A stretch of 63,695 nucleotides of DNA, filler included, from Octopus bimaculoides (GCF_001194135.2; 5 parts of 4 records of this genome joined end to end with filler, not necessarily neighbours in it); one strand, 5' to 3'; shown: positions 37,576-50,735, numbered from the whole stretch's first letter. Numbers and translations are program-made. Notes: generated by a model not told the origin, from the sequence alone.

Positions 37576-39386
37576 CTATTTAAATTAAAAGTAATTTTAA
37601 CAACTGTATGTTCTTTAATGATTCTTCAACAAAGCTATTGCTTCAATTTCAATCAATCAATCAATCAATCACTCATTCACTAACTCACTCACTCACTCAC
37701 TCACTCACTCACTCAAAAGATCAATCAATCAGTCTGTCTGTTTGTCAGTCGTCCCTCTGTTTGTCTACTTGTATATCGTGTTGGCAATAGCCTACAAGAA
37801 AATCACACGAAAGAAGGGCATAAGGAACGTCTTTACATTCTCTCACGAAATTTCCCTGAAAATCAAATTTTGTGGGAGAATATAAAAAAGGAGTGGCTCG
37901 TTGACATGACGAGACAGGCATGGCAGATGTTGTAATTTGAGGGCGGTCTGAACTGTTATTTCCTCCGTCGTTGGTTCGCTGATCGGGTATTTAAAATAAG
38001 GTGGGACATGATGGAGAAAAACTGGTAACCCAAAACATTACAACGGCAACCAGTTTATATTTCTAAAAGTCACGGCTACATTGCAAGAGCGGGAATGGCT
38101 ATTAGGCCGCTCCTGTTACTAGAAAAAGCAGCGAAAATCCGGAACTTCTTCATAGTATCATAATTGCGTTGAATGCGGCCTCAGCATAATATGCCAAACC
38201 AGCAGGCGAAATAATAGTGGTCGGAACATCGTTTTAAATATGTAAGTTACGATTTTTTTTAAAGGCAGCAGTGTGTGATTTGAAGCAGATAAGCGGCTGT
38301 CTAGCATATCGAGTAACGATGTTGAGTGTTCCGCCTCGATCTATGCCAATACGAATAAATGCTGTAATTGGGCTGTTTTTTAACAGGTATATAATCAAAG
38401 ACATTCCATACGTGATCATCCTGTTTTTTTTATTTGAAGAAGCTAGGAGTAGTATCGTCGACGCTTACTGTTCTCCCTAACAGATCGAATAAGCATGAAG
38501 AGGTTTCGTTATTGGTTAAGAAGAAACTCCTTCGTTGTCATTCTTCTCCACACCCCGGATTGGAGTGAGAAGGAGGGAATATTTCCGATAGAGGCTATTA
38601 AAGACTGGAAGGTGCTGATAAAATTGGTGACGAAGTAGGTGTAAGGTTTCGAACTAAAAGAAGTAGCGGATGGCTCTAAATGCGGGTGGGGCTCAAAAAC
38701 AAATAATAGAAGAAACAATATGGTTGTTAAACGGGTGGGGTGAATGAGTGCATTATTGAACAGACGGAGAAAAAATAGATGGATGGTAGGGAGATGGAAA
38801 AGAATAAAGGAAACGAAAAGAAGNNNNNNNNNNNNNNNNNNNNNNNNNNNNNNNNNNNNNNNNNNNNNNNNNNNNNNNNNNNNNNNNNNNNNNNNNNNNN
38901 NNNNNNNNNNNNNNNNNNNNNNNNNNNNNNNNNNNNNNNNNNNNNNNNNNNNNNNNNNNNNNNNNNNNNNNNNNNNNNNNNNNNNNNNNNNNNNNNNNNN
39001 NNNNNNNNNNNNNNNNNNNNNNNNNNNNNNNNNNNNNNNNNNNNNNNNNNNNNNNNNNNNNNNNNAAAAATAGATGGATGGTAGGGAGATGGAAAAGAAT
39101 AAAGGAAACGAAAAGAAGTGTTTTACATGGGGGTAATAGGTAGAGGACAGATGGGGGTATGAGTTAATATGTGTCGAAGGGAAAGAAGAGGAGGAGGAAG
39201 ATAATGTGTTGAAGGAGGCGGAGTTTAAAGAAATTCAAACATGTCTGTAAATACTTGCATGTGTGTATGTGTTTGTGTGCATGTGTGTGTTTTGCAGACA
39301 TCTGAATAGATGCTAACGTTGTGTCGGAAATAATTGTGCACGTATGTATATGTATCCATATATATATACGTATATACGCACTTATG

Positions 39387-39428
<42 letters not shown>

Positions 39429-39556
39429 CATCAAGGTACATGCTGCTCTACCTGGGGAGCAACTCTCTTGACTCCTCCCATCACCCTCTATCGGTGTACG
39501 TATCGTTTTCGACACTCTTTTGTGTGTGTGCCTGTGCGTAAGTACGAGCGTGCTTA

Positions 39557-39594
<38 letters not shown>

Positions 39595-40794
39595 CTTGTA
39601 TATACGAATGAAGATATTAGAAAGAGATTGGAATGAGAAAGGAAGAAAGAAAATAGGTGACAAATCTAGAGACGTTTGACACTCTCAGGTCAGTGAAGCC
39701 ATCTTTGATGGGATTGCTTAAAACATGGCGCTGCCTTCGAATGAATACATAAATAAATACATATATAAATATAGATAAATAAAAATAACCCGTTGTCACC
39801 ATCTTACCGCCATGTCTGTCTTCTAAACAGCCACCATATTGACAAATTTTTCGATCAGTTCGAAAAATTTTCTTTCACAAGAAGCATTCGACCATTATAT
39901 AGCCATACGTTTTCATCCCTGTTTAGGGGTAGGGGTGAGGGCTGGGGTATTTATTTTACCTTCTTCTCTACCCTAATATTACTAACCGCCGGCGTCAATC
40001 GCCAACGTGACAAAATACCATTAAGTTACCGGCACTTTTGTTTTTTTACTCTTGTATTTACCGCTTTTCATTCCTCTTTTTTTTCCTTTTTTTTTCCTGT
40101 CGTCTTTCCCGTCTTTATTCATTTGTTTATACTTCTTTTTCTTGTCGTTTTTTCATCTTTAAAATTCTTTTGTGTTTTCCCATACCCGCAGAAATTACGC
40201 GGAGAGAGGCCTAGCGTTGTTAATTAGTCCTTCATAGCGAGGCCGGTATGACGCCACCTCCTCGCATACTGATCTTATCACTACAATTGTCTCGTTGACT
40301 CTGTTATTCCCTTACTTTCTTAGTTATTATTGTTATTGTTATCGACATTGTTGTTGTTGTTGAAGCTGTTTTTGTTGTTGTTGTTGATTAACAAAGCTAA
40401 TTGCTTCGTTCTAACATTCCGTGTTTTACATCTACCTCATTCTGCTTCACTCTCTCGTCATATTCTATTCTAGCTTCTCTTGCCTTTACTCTCATTTTCT
40501 CCTTTCTCACTCTTTCTGCAGTCATTTTAACTCTCCAGATCTCCCCTCTCTATCTCCCTACTCCTTCTCTCTCAGTTTCTCCTGAATTAAGAGTTTTTCA
40601 ACGAATAGCTTCTTCGATCTTATTTTACTTATAAACACATGTCCTTCTGTACCCCCACTGTCCCCCACTTTCTTCTCACTCAGTCCTTGCTCTTCCACTC
40701 TATATTTTTTCTTCACTCTATTTCCCTCTCTTTCTCTCTCGTACTCTTCCTCTTTATCTACACACACACATATCTATATATACGTATCTATATA

Positions 40795-40826
<32 letters not shown>

Positions 40827-41571
40827 GCTTTAGTGCGAATGGTTTTTTATACGGCACCGACTTTACAATCCTGTCAATAATAAAAATGATATTTTTATAT
40901 AAGCTTAAAGCTTATGGCGGTCACCGTGCAATGACTAAGGAAAATAGTCAAATAAAGGGGCATATAAGCCCTCGACAGAAAAAAAGGAGGCTTTCCCATC
41001 CGCGTGGGATATATATATANNNNNNNNNNNNNNNNNNNNNNNNNNNNNNNNNNNNNNNNNNNNNNNNNNNNNNNNNNNNNNNNNNNNNNNNNNNNNNNNN
41101 NNNNNNNNNNNNNNNNNNNNNNNNNNNNNNNNNNNNNNNNNNNNNNNNNNNNNNNNNNNNNNNNNNNNNNNNNNNNNNNNNNNNNNNNNNNNNNNNNNNN
41201 NNNNNNNNNNNNNNNNNNNNNNNNNNNNNNNNNNNNNNNNNNNNNNNNNNNNNNNNNNNNNNNNNNNNNNNNNNNNNNNNNNNNNNNNNNNNNNNNNNNN
41301 NNNNNNNNNNNNNNNNNNNNNNNNNNNNNNNNNNNNNNNNNNNNNNNNNNNNNNNNNNNNNNNNNNNNNNNNNNNNNNNNNNNNNNNNNNNNNNNNNNNN
41401 NNNNNNNNNNNNNNNNNNNNNNNNNNNNNNNNNNNNNNNNNNNNNNNNNNNNNNNNNNNNNNNNNNNNNNNNNNNNNNNNNNNNNNNNNNNNNNNNNNNN
41501 NNNNNNNNNNNNNNNNNNNNNNNNNNNNNNNNNNNNNNNNNNNNNNNNNNNNNNNNNNNNNNNNNNNNNNN

Positions 41572-41619
<48 letters not shown>

Positions 41620-41809
41620 ACATGCACGAACGCACTTCATCTTCATTTCAAACCCTCCCATTACACCTATACATAATATAGTCACACAAAATCTCGGAGG
41701 GATTATTCGATTTTAACTCTTTTCTTTCCCTGTCTCTTTCCTGTAACCAAACCCTCCCGGCTTCCTTTTCTCTGTCTTTATCCTTATCCTCTCTCTTTCT
41801 CTCACTCTC

Positions 41810-41848
<39 letters not shown>

Positions 41849-42153
41849 GTCCTTGTACTTTCTTCGCTTTTCGCTCCATTATAGCGTTCGGAATGAAAAC
41901 ACGATATTTTAATAAACATTGGTTCTTCTATCCCATGAGCTGTAATAAATTTTAGGACAGAACCACCAGCCACGGTAAACTGCGCATCAAAATCCACACG
42001 ATTTTAGGATGTCATGATAATCTTTCAAAGACAATTGGCAAAATATTCTCAAAATGCCTGAGGTTTTCTTACATATAATGAAAATGCAGCTATTTATGTG
42101 TGTGTGTGTAACTTTTCCACTTTTGTAAACCTTTATTCTCCTTGTCTCCGTAT

Positions 42154-42290
42154 TCTTTCTGTTGAAGAGCGTAGCTCGAAACGTCAAAGACTTTCCGTAT
42201 TCCTGAGCGTCATACTAATACATCCTTTTGTTATTTACACCACCTGTCCTCGTCTGTTGTTGTTTTTTCGTACATTCTCCCACATATAAT
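42154..42290 (+). mobile_element. Penelope-like terminal repeat remnant with a minimal hammerhead-like motif (42154-42190)
   Basis: TCTTT-CTGTTGA-A-GAGC(GTA)GCTC-GAAACGTC-AAAGA. The downstream TTCCTGAGCGTCA.ACTAATAC is shared with the reversed copy at ~27620-27705. Confidence 0.6.
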
Positions 42291-42768
42291 ACACGCTCAC
42301 GTGGTCGCACCAGCTAATCCTGTCTCCTCTCATCACACACAAACTTCTGGATTCTACCTTCTTTCCTTCTGGATCTANNNNNNNNNNNNNNNNNNNNNNN
42401 NNNNNNNNNNNNNNNNNNNNNNNNNNNNNNNNNNNNNNNNNNNNNNNNNNNNNNNNNNNNNNNNNNNNNNNNNNNNNNNNNNNNNNNNNNNNNNNNNNNN
42501 NNNNNNNNNNNNNNNNNNNNNNNNNNNNNNNNNNNNNNNNNNNNNNNNNNNNNNNNNNNNNNNNNNNNNNNNNNNNNNNNNNNNNNNNNNNNNNNNNNNN
42601 NNNNNNNNNNNNNNNNNNNNNNNNNNNNNNNNNNNNNNNNNNNNNNNNNNNNNNNNNNNNNNNNNNNNNNNNNNNNNNNNNNNNNNNNNNNNNNNNNNNN
42701 NNNNNNNNNNNNNNNNNNNNNNNNNNNNNNNNNNNNNNNNNNNNNNNNNNNNNNNNNNNNNNNNNNNN

Positions 42769-42800
<32 letters not shown>

Positions 42801-42810
42801 TATATATACA

Positions 42811-43038
42811 TATAAGTGGGATGACCACTAAGTGGACATCCATTATGCTAGAGGAAGACCACCTAAGAAAAGATTGTTCTCAAGAAAATTGAGCAAACAT
42901 CAGAACGTAAGCGATCAAGACAAATGAAAAGATAGCGTTTGCTGAATTTTCTTGAGAACAATCTTTTCTTAGTGATCAGACCATAGGCGGTCTTCTTCTA
43001 GCAAAAGGTATGTCCACTTAGTGGTCATCCCTCTTATA
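42811..43038. mobile_element. Foldback MITE (~90-100 bp arms, ~38-nt loop, TA flanks)
   Basis: TATAAGTGGGATGACCACTAAGTGGACAT...AAGAAAAGATTGTTCTCAAGAAAATTGAGCAAAC pairs with GTTTGCTGAATTTTCTTGAGAACAATCTTTTCTTA...ATGTCCACTTAGTGGTCATCCCTCTTATA. The right arm has a 13-nt insertion. Confidence 0.85.
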
Positions 43039-43871
43039 TGCATGTAATATAATTTTTCTGAATATTCAGATTTTTCAAAATGCTAGGCCACTGGTTTTAA
43101 ATTGATGTTAATCAAATTAATACTCAATTTTTCACCCTTATTATTTAAGTGTGCATATATATGTATATATAGTCAATCCACGCAAGAACAAGCAAAAAAA
43201 AAGCAACAACAACAACAACAACAAGACGTGGTACAAGTACTGTGTTATTGGACGCTCTAGAAAGCAAAGAAGAGAAAGAAGATTTCAAGTTTCGAGTGGA
43301 GCTTTTCATCAGAAATATAGAAAAAGTCCAAAGAAGGGAAGACGGAGAAAGAAAATCGCCAACGATACACACGCGGTCACATGACCGGAAAAGAATGGGT
43401 GAAGAAAAAGTTCTTTCTGAGACAGGAGAGTACAAAAGAAGGAGGCATGTGTGTGTATGTGTGAGTAAATGTGTGCGCGCAGGTCTGTGTGTGGGTGTGT
43501 AATGATAGCACATGTATGTGCGTATATGTGTGTATATGTGTGTATATGTGCGTGTGGTTGTGGCTGTTTATGGAATTTGTGTTGCTTAATGTCGTAGGAA
43601 GAATTTATAGTGGGAATTTTGGTAGGAGTGGTTGTCTGTTGTTGAAGATTGTCTCCCATCACATGTGCGTAGGAGAATGGTCAGTAGAAAGGTGTATAAC
43701 TGGTAGTTTGAAGTATGTGTGTGTGTGTGTGTGTGTGTATGTATATGCTGTGTTTTGCGTGCGGTGTGTGTCTGTGCGTGCGTGTGTATATATATATGTA
43801 GGTTTTTATGTATGTGTGTGTGCGTGCGTGTGTGTGCGTGTGCGAGTATGTATATATACATGTGTTGTGAG

Positions 43872-44655
43872 CCAGCTTTAATGAAATCATAATGGATTAC
43901 ACCTGCACCAGACCACCAAACACACACCATCAGCTTCTTTTGATGAATTTTGCTTCTTGGACTATGTTTTGGTGGTTCGTCTTTGTCCAACGTTTACGGT
44001 TGTTGTATTGGATCCATTCCTCATCAAGTGTTATAATTCGATTCAAAAGTGGTTAATTTTTGTGCCGAGAAAGTAGCATAAGGTAGGCTTCCAAACGTTG
44101 CCGTTTCTGATTTTCATTGAGTTCATGTGGAACCCACTTATCCACCTTTTCCGCTTTACCGATTTGAACCAGGTGAGTCAATATTATTTGCTTGCTAACA
44201 CCAAACAACAATGGTAATTCATGGGCACTTTGAGATGGATCTGACTCGACGTCGGCTTTCAGTTCGTCGTTATCCACCTTTGTTTCTGGTCGACCACGTT
44301 GCTCATTTGTGAGGTCAAAGTTACCAGAACGAAATTTTGCAAACCAATTTGATACTGTCTGCTGTGTAACAACATTAGAATGAAATACTCCATTAATATT
44401 CCAAGCTCTCTGTAATGCTGTATTTCCAAGAAAGAACTCATATTTCAGAACTCTACGGATTTTCGACTTACCCATCTCTAAACAAAAATAGGAAAAAAAC
44501 GATTTATATATACTTTATAAATACTTTATAAAGCACAAAATGAGTGTGTCAGCTATCAAGAAATAAAGATTGTCAAAATATAATAATGGCGCAAAATGAG
44601 CAGCTGTCAAAGTTTACAGTATACCTTACTACAAATTTCATACCTGACGACCTAA
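43872..44655 (-). mobile_element. Mariner transposon, 3'-truncated, transposase pseudogene (ATG 44475)
   Basis: MGKSKIRRVLKYEF...WFAKFRSGNFDLTNEQRGRP...WVPHELNENQKRQR...HKN*PLLNRIITLDEEWIQYNNRKR, then frameshift to HQKKLMVCVWWSGAGVIHYD. Contains the WVPHEL motif and first catalytic D. Putative 5' TIR TTAGGTCGTCAGGTATGAAATT next to TA. Confidence 0.92.
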
Positions 44656-44733
44656 TATAATCAAGTNNNNNNNNNNTTACTACAAATTTCATACCTGACG
44701 ACCTAATATAATCAAGTGTGTGCGCGTGTATAC

Positions 44734-44764
<31 letters not shown>

Positions 44765-45007
44765 TGTGTGTGCTTGTGTCCGTGTGTGTGTGTGTGTGTA
44801 TTATAGGAACGCATAGACATGAAGATCCACTGAAACACACATGTCTATTTGTGTTTTAGTGTTGATGGCTATACATAGATATATGCGTATCTATCTATCT
44901 ATCTAGCTATAAATCTAAATCTCTCTCCCTTATATGTATGTATTCATGCATCGAGCATGGACACATATGTATATATGTGTGCTTGTATAGACATATATAT
45001 ATATATG

Positions 45008-45051
<44 letters not shown>

Positions 45052-45609
45052 TATGTATAGATATGTATATGTATATATACGTGTGTGTGTGTATATGTAT
45101 GTATGTATGTGTGCGTATATATATATATATATATAAAGACTATTTTTGATCTAGCTATTTCCTTGATTTTTTTTTTATTATTATTCATCTGAATGCAACC
45201 ATCTTTGAAAATGGCGGCTACGTTGTCAATTAAGTCAGAAAATTTCTCTTCTAATTTGATATACGGGTAACCTAATTGTTAATTAAATTTGGAGGTAAGA
45301 AATATGATAATTAGATATATATTTAAGCAAACAGTTAATGAGATGCGTTCGTAACCATATCGTTCACTAGATAGACACTCTCTCACACACACATACTCAC
45401 CCCACGTCTCTAAGTCTTTCTCTGGTCTTCAACAATGAACATTATGCTAATTAGGATTGTGTGTGATTGCTTTGTTCATTAAAAGAAAGAGTAAACAATA
45501 TGCTAATTAGAAACGAAATTATCAGCTTTGTCTAATTATAATGCTAACATTTCTTCAAATGAGATATAATAATAATTAGATTTCTAGTTATCTCGGTAGC
45601 TAGTTGTTT

Positions 45610-45672
<63 letters not shown>

Positions 45673-46108
45673 NNNNNNNNNNNNNNNNNNNNNNNNNNNN
45701 NNNNNNNNNNNNNNNNNNNNNNNNNNNNNNNNNNNNNNNNNNNNNNNNNNNNNNNNNNNNNNNNNNNNNNNNNNNNNNNNNNNNNNNNNNNNNNNNNNNN
45801 NNNNNNNNNNNNNNNNNNNNNNNNNNNNNNNNNNNNNNNNNNNNNNNNNNNNNNNNNNNNNNNNNNNNNNNNNNNNNNNNNNNNNNNNNNNNNNNNNNNN
45901 NNNNNNNNNNNNNNNNNNNNNNNNNNNNNNNNNNNNNNNNNNNNNNNNNNNNNNNNNNNNNNNNNNNNNNNNNNNNNNNNNNNNNNNNNNNNNNNNNNNN
46001 NNNNNNNNNNNNNNNNNNNNNNNNNNNNNNNNNNNNNNNNNNNNNNNNNNNNNNNNNNNNNNNNNNNNNNNNNNNNNNNNNNNNNNNNNNNNNNNNNNNN
46101 NNNNNNNN

Positions 46109-46153
<45 letters not shown>

Positions 46154-46719
46154 TAAACAAGCTTTGGTATATTATAATTCTGTGTCTGTGTGCGTAGGTT
46201 ATATTTACAGCATATAAATATTACACATTTAGATTATCTTTATCACTATAGAAGATTAGCAGATGCGGTAGAATGGCAGATAGAGTCTTAATAGACCACT
46301 TTACGTTCTGAGTTCGAATTCCCACGACGTCGCCTTTAATGTACCTCGCTTTTAGTGACAAGAACTGTATTATTTTTGTTAACGCAATTGAGGCGGTATA
46401 TCTTCCAGCAATTGCATTTCGTCCCTTACAGAGTCGATAAAATAGAATACCAGTTACGTATTGGGTCGATATATTTGACTACCCAACCGTACTTACGTTT
46501 ATGGCATTGCGTCAATCTTTGACTCAATAATCAATATGATTACAAATTGTTGTCAAATGGAAATAAATAAATTTAAGCTTTGGATGTTTAATTAATATTT
46601 GAAGTCTAGCAGAGTTTTCATAAATTATCTCCATTCTACGAGAGTAAAATAAAAAATAAATGTTTCCTTCTCGCGCCATGTCAGGCTCATGAGGGCCGAT
46701 TTCCCTGTTTCAATGGTGC

Positions 46720-46880
46720 ATATATGTTCTAAGTTCAAATTCCGCCGAGGTCGACTTTGCCTTTCATCCTTTCGGGGTCGATAAATAAAGTACCAGTTAC
46801 GTACTGGGGTCGATCTAATTGACTGGCCCTTCCCTCCCCCAATATTTCGGGTCATGTACCTAGAGTAGAAACGAATGGCG
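46720..46880 (+). mobile_element. SINE family B 3' part, CpG intact
   Basis: AGTTCAAATTCCGCCGAGGTCGACTTTGCCTTTCATCCTTTCGGGGTCGATAAA. Confidence 0.85.
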
Positions 46881-46889
46881 TATATATCT

Positions 46890-47246
46890 TCCCCACCAGG
46901 ATGGGACGCCAGTCAATCGCAGTATTACTTCATTTTGCCAGCTGAGTTGACTGGAGCAGACAGATAGATAGATAGATAGCCAGACAGACAGAGAGACAGA
47001 GAGACAGACAAAGAGACAGACAGACAGACAGATATATATATATATATATATAGATAGATAGATAGATAGACATACAAACAAACAGATAGATAGAGTGAGA
47101 GAAAGAGGGAAAGAGACAGACATATAGCTAGCTAGATAGACACAGAGACAGACAGACAGAAGACAATGCGTCGCCCGGCCCAGGAATCGAAATCACGGTC
47201 TTACGATTATGAGTCTAACCCCCTAACCACTAAACCACGCACCTCC
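46890..47246 (-). mobile_element. tRNA-headed SINE split by a GATA/GACA microsatellite
   Basis: Head with A-box TGGTTTAGTGG and B-box TTTCGATTCC (47246-47160). Body CTCCAGTCAACTCAGCTGGCAAAA...GCGATTGACTGGCGTCCCATCC (46965-46890) resembles a conserved SINE central (Meta-like) domain. Confidence 0.65.
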
Positions 47247-47773
47247 GTATTCTACAAGATTACACTGCATTAACTTGTCGTCATAAGAGTTGCAATCGAA
47301 TTATGACATCTGGGCAGTTTGCAGCTTGATGATGCGGTGGTTATTTCGTATGAGATAATATACAGGTAATCAATAAAAATGCACTGCTCCTGAAACATAT
47401 GTAGCATGGATTGAACTGCCATTGTTCATTCTTTTAACCTTATTGTAGATTTACTGCCTCAGATACGTGACCTATGTTACTTCCATGACTGGGAACGTTA
47501 AGCTCCTTTTATCTTTTCAAAATTGTTCCAACATTCTAATGGAAGAATGGAACATTATTAATTGACTAATTGACAAATTAATGTATTAATGATACCTCAG
47601 TGCATTTTATTAGCCAATCACATCCTGGATGCTATTGAACAAATGATTACGTTCCATGTGTTCTCTACTAATTAATGATATATAAGTATATAAAAAATAT
47701 ATACATATATAAATACTTCGTTTTTTCCAGACATAGCAAAACATGCATACATACATATATAGATATATACACG

Positions 47774-47826
<53 letters not shown>

Positions 47827-47884
47827 GTCTGTCTGTCTGTTTGTCTGTTTATCTGTCTATCTCTTTCTCTCTCTCACCGTCTCC

Positions 47885-47943
<59 letters not shown>

Positions 47944-48003
47944 ACCTCACGTGGACTATTGACAATTTTTTCCGTATTTTCTTTCTTTCTCTTTGGACAT
48001 TCC

Positions 48004-48075
48004 TGTTTCCGACGAAGAGCTATGCTCGAAACGTTAACAACTGCTCTTTCCCCTTCACCGAGCGTCTAATTAATA
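48004..48075 (+). mobile_element. Penelope-like terminal remnant with a hammerhead-like motif
   Basis: CCGACGA-A-GAGC(TAT)GCTC-GAAACGT followed by ...GAGCGTC.AATAATA. Confidence 0.5.
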
Positions 48076-48469
48076 AACAATGTATTTCTTAAGCAAGTCC
48101 TTAAACTCGTTTTTTTCTTTTATTTCTCCGATTTTTAATCGTTCGTTTCTTTGAATTAACTAAACACACACACACATACACACATACACACACACAACAT
48201 ACACCCACCCAAATGTGTATATCCATACATATTCCCCCTTATCTTCTCGTTGCTTTCCCGCTTACATTCCCTTCTGCCCGCTTCAGCTTCGCCTTTATCT
48301 TCTCTTTTAATTTTCCTTCCTTTTCTCCCCCCACGTCGTCTATTTTATGCTTTATTATTTCATTAAGTCTTCTTCCTTCTCATTTACCGACATGTCCGTA
48401 TATATTATTAATTTAGATATATTTGTTTTTGTTTGCTCTAGGTTTAAGTTTAATAATTAGCCTTGTTAA

Positions 48470-48623
48470 TGGTAGGCGTGATTGTGTGGTAAGTAGCTTG
48501 CTTACCAACCACATGGTTCAGTCCCACTGCACGGCACCGTAGGCAAGTGTCTTCTACTATAGCCTCGGGCCGACCAAAGCCTTGTCAATGGATTTGGTAG
48601 TCGGAAACTGAAAGAAGCCCGTC

Positions 48624-48676
<53 letters not shown>

Positions 48677-48845
48677 TGTGTGTCTGTGTTTGTTCCCCCA
48701 ACATCGCTTGACAACCATGCTGCTTCGGCAAGAGACCGACAGAATAAGTACTAGACTCATAAAGAATAAGTCCTGGCGTCGATTTTCTCGACTAAAGGTG
48801 GTGCTCCAGCATGACCGCAGTCAAATGACTGAAACGAATAAAAGG
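48470..48845 (+). mobile_element. SINE family A with internal (TA)n
   Basis: Head, TATAGCCTCGGGCCGACCAAAGCC, tail GTCAAATGACTGAAAC. Confidence 0.85.
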
Positions 48846-49119
48846 ATAAACTTCATGATACTCGATTTAGTTAAATTTAAATTCTTTATACACTTACACA
48901 TATATACACACGCACTTACATATATTCATACATACACACAATCATGCACTCATATACATACATTTCTACACACACATATATTTATAAATATATATCTATG
49001 TATATATACACATATATATGCGTACGTGTATATATGTATGAGTATGCATATGCATACTTAAATGTGTGTATACATATATGTTTGTGTATATGTATGTATA
49101 TATACATACAACTCCTGGG

Positions 49120-49295
49120 CCGCTGGCATGCAAAAAGCACCCATTACACTCTCGGAGTGGTTGGCGTTAGGAAGGGCATCCAGCTGTAGAAGCCTTGCCA
49201 GGTCAGATTGGAGCCTCGTACAGCCTCCTGGCTTGCATTTCCTCAGTCAAACCGTTCAACCCATGCCAGCATGGAAAACCGACGTTAAACGACGA
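49120..49295 (+). mobile_element. RTE-type 3' tail
   Basis: TACACTCTCGGAGTGGTTGGCGTTAGGAAGGGCATCCAGCTGTAG...GACGTTAAACGACGAT. Confidence 0.75.
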
Positions 49296-50735
49296 TTATA
49301 TATATATATATATATATATGTGTCAACCTCTACTTGACAATTGGTATGGATTTATTTACGACCCCATAACATAGCGGTTCAACAAAAGGCGATTGATAAA
49401 GAAACACCTTTTTTAAAAAAAAGGTACAGTTGTTGATTCGTTCGGCTAAAGGTTCTTGTAGGCGGTGCCCCAGCATAGCCATAATCTAATGACAGAAACA
49501 AGCAAAAATGTATTTATACATGCGTATCTAGACAACACATACACACACACAAAAACACATACACGAACACATACACACACACACACACATTTCTATACAT
49601 ACGTGTCTGTGTTTGGAGGTGTGGGTCAGTTGTGGGATATAAACGTAAAGAAGAGCGAGGTTGTTCTGCTGCTCATAACATCGTCTCCCATGAGATTTCC
49701 CTCAAATTCAGTTTTCACTATCGTAAATAGTTACAGCTCTTGGCATCTTGGCTGGCACCAAGGAATCTACTGCAAGTCTTTCTGAGACAGCGTACAGGAA
49801 ATATGGATAATCAGGTTTTCCTAACCAGAGCCGAATCGTCTAGAACTTCAACTGTTGTCTTGTAAACAAAGGATGGGACATAATCCAAGAATGTGGTTGT
49901 ATTTTTGCTATTTCCTTACAAATGTTTATGTGTGACAAGTAAATAAATCTTGGGATTTATTTAACACAATTTCGACGCTTCACGTTTGCGTATATACGAG
50001 CATTTCCTTTTTCATAGCAACGACTGCTTCTCTCAGTCTATATTATCTCGGTACCACCGTCTACATAATTCTGATANNNNNNNNNNNNNNNNNNNNNNNN
50101 NNNNNNNNNNNNNNNNNNNNNNNNNNNNNNNNNNNNNNNNNNNNNNNNNNNNNNNNNNNNNNNNNNNNNNNNNNNNNNNNNNNNNNNNNNNNNNNNNNNN
50201 NNNNNNNNNNNNNNNNNNNNNNNNNNNNNNNNNNNNNNNNNNNNNNNNNNNNNNNNNNNNNNNNNNNNNNNNNNNNNNNNNNNNNNNNNNNNNNNNNNNN
50301 NNNNNNNNNNNNNNNNNNNNNNNNNNNNNNNNNNNNNNNNNNNNNNNNNNNNNNNNNNNNNNNNNNNNNNNNNNNNNNNNNNNNNNNNNNNNNNNNNNNN
50401 NNNNNNNNNNNNNNNNNNNNNNNNNNNNNNNNNNNNNNNNNNNNNNNNNNNNNNNNNNNNNNNNNNNNNNNNNNNNNNNNNNNNNNNNNNNNNNNNNNNN
50501 NNNNNNNNNNNNNNNNNNNNNNNNNNNNNNNNNNNNNNNNNNNNNNNNNNNNNNNNNNNNNNNNNNNNNNNNNNNNNNNNNNNNNNNNNNNNNNNNNNNN
50601 NNNNNNNNNNNNNNNNNNNNNNNNNNNNNNNNNNNNNNNNNNNNNNNNNNNNNNNNNNNNNNNNNNNNNNNNNNNNNNNNNNNNNNNNNNNNNNNNNNNN
50701 NNNNNNNNNNNNNNNNNNNNNNNNNNNNNNNNNNA

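Noticed and set aside
38481-38645. Plus-strand acceptor-like site (ttctccctaacag) followed by a 47-codon ORF
   Set aside because: No recognisable product, no partner exons and an ambiguous donor; indistinguishable from a pseudo-exon.
38771-39118. Exact 53-bp direct repeat on both sides of a gap
   Set aside because: Most simply an assembly overlap; it cannot be called an LTR or TSD without reads.
40886-41716. Long ORFs spanning N-gaps (also 42235-42843, 45600-46217, 49986-50815, 58746-59522, 10646-11014)
   Set aside because: Open only because Ns and (TA)/(CA) repeats contain no stops.
43242-43502. Charged, protein-looking ORF (LLDALESKEEKEDFKFRVELF...)
   Set aside because: Purine-rich composition explains the openness; no recognised domain or clear splice sites.
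44626-44717. Exact 41-bp direct repeat (including the mariner terminus) across a 10-N gap
   Set aside because: Typical unmerged contig overlap; not evidence of a second TIR or a tandem duplication.
47160-47246. tRNA-Met-like sequence (CTCATAA loop, A and B boxes)
   Set aside because: Acceptor and anticodon stems do not pair well and it continues into a SINE body; treated as a SINE head, not a tRNA gene.
49600-49920. Possible RT relic (DINVKKSEVV)
   Set aside because: Only one short motif resembles RT; too degenerate to assign.
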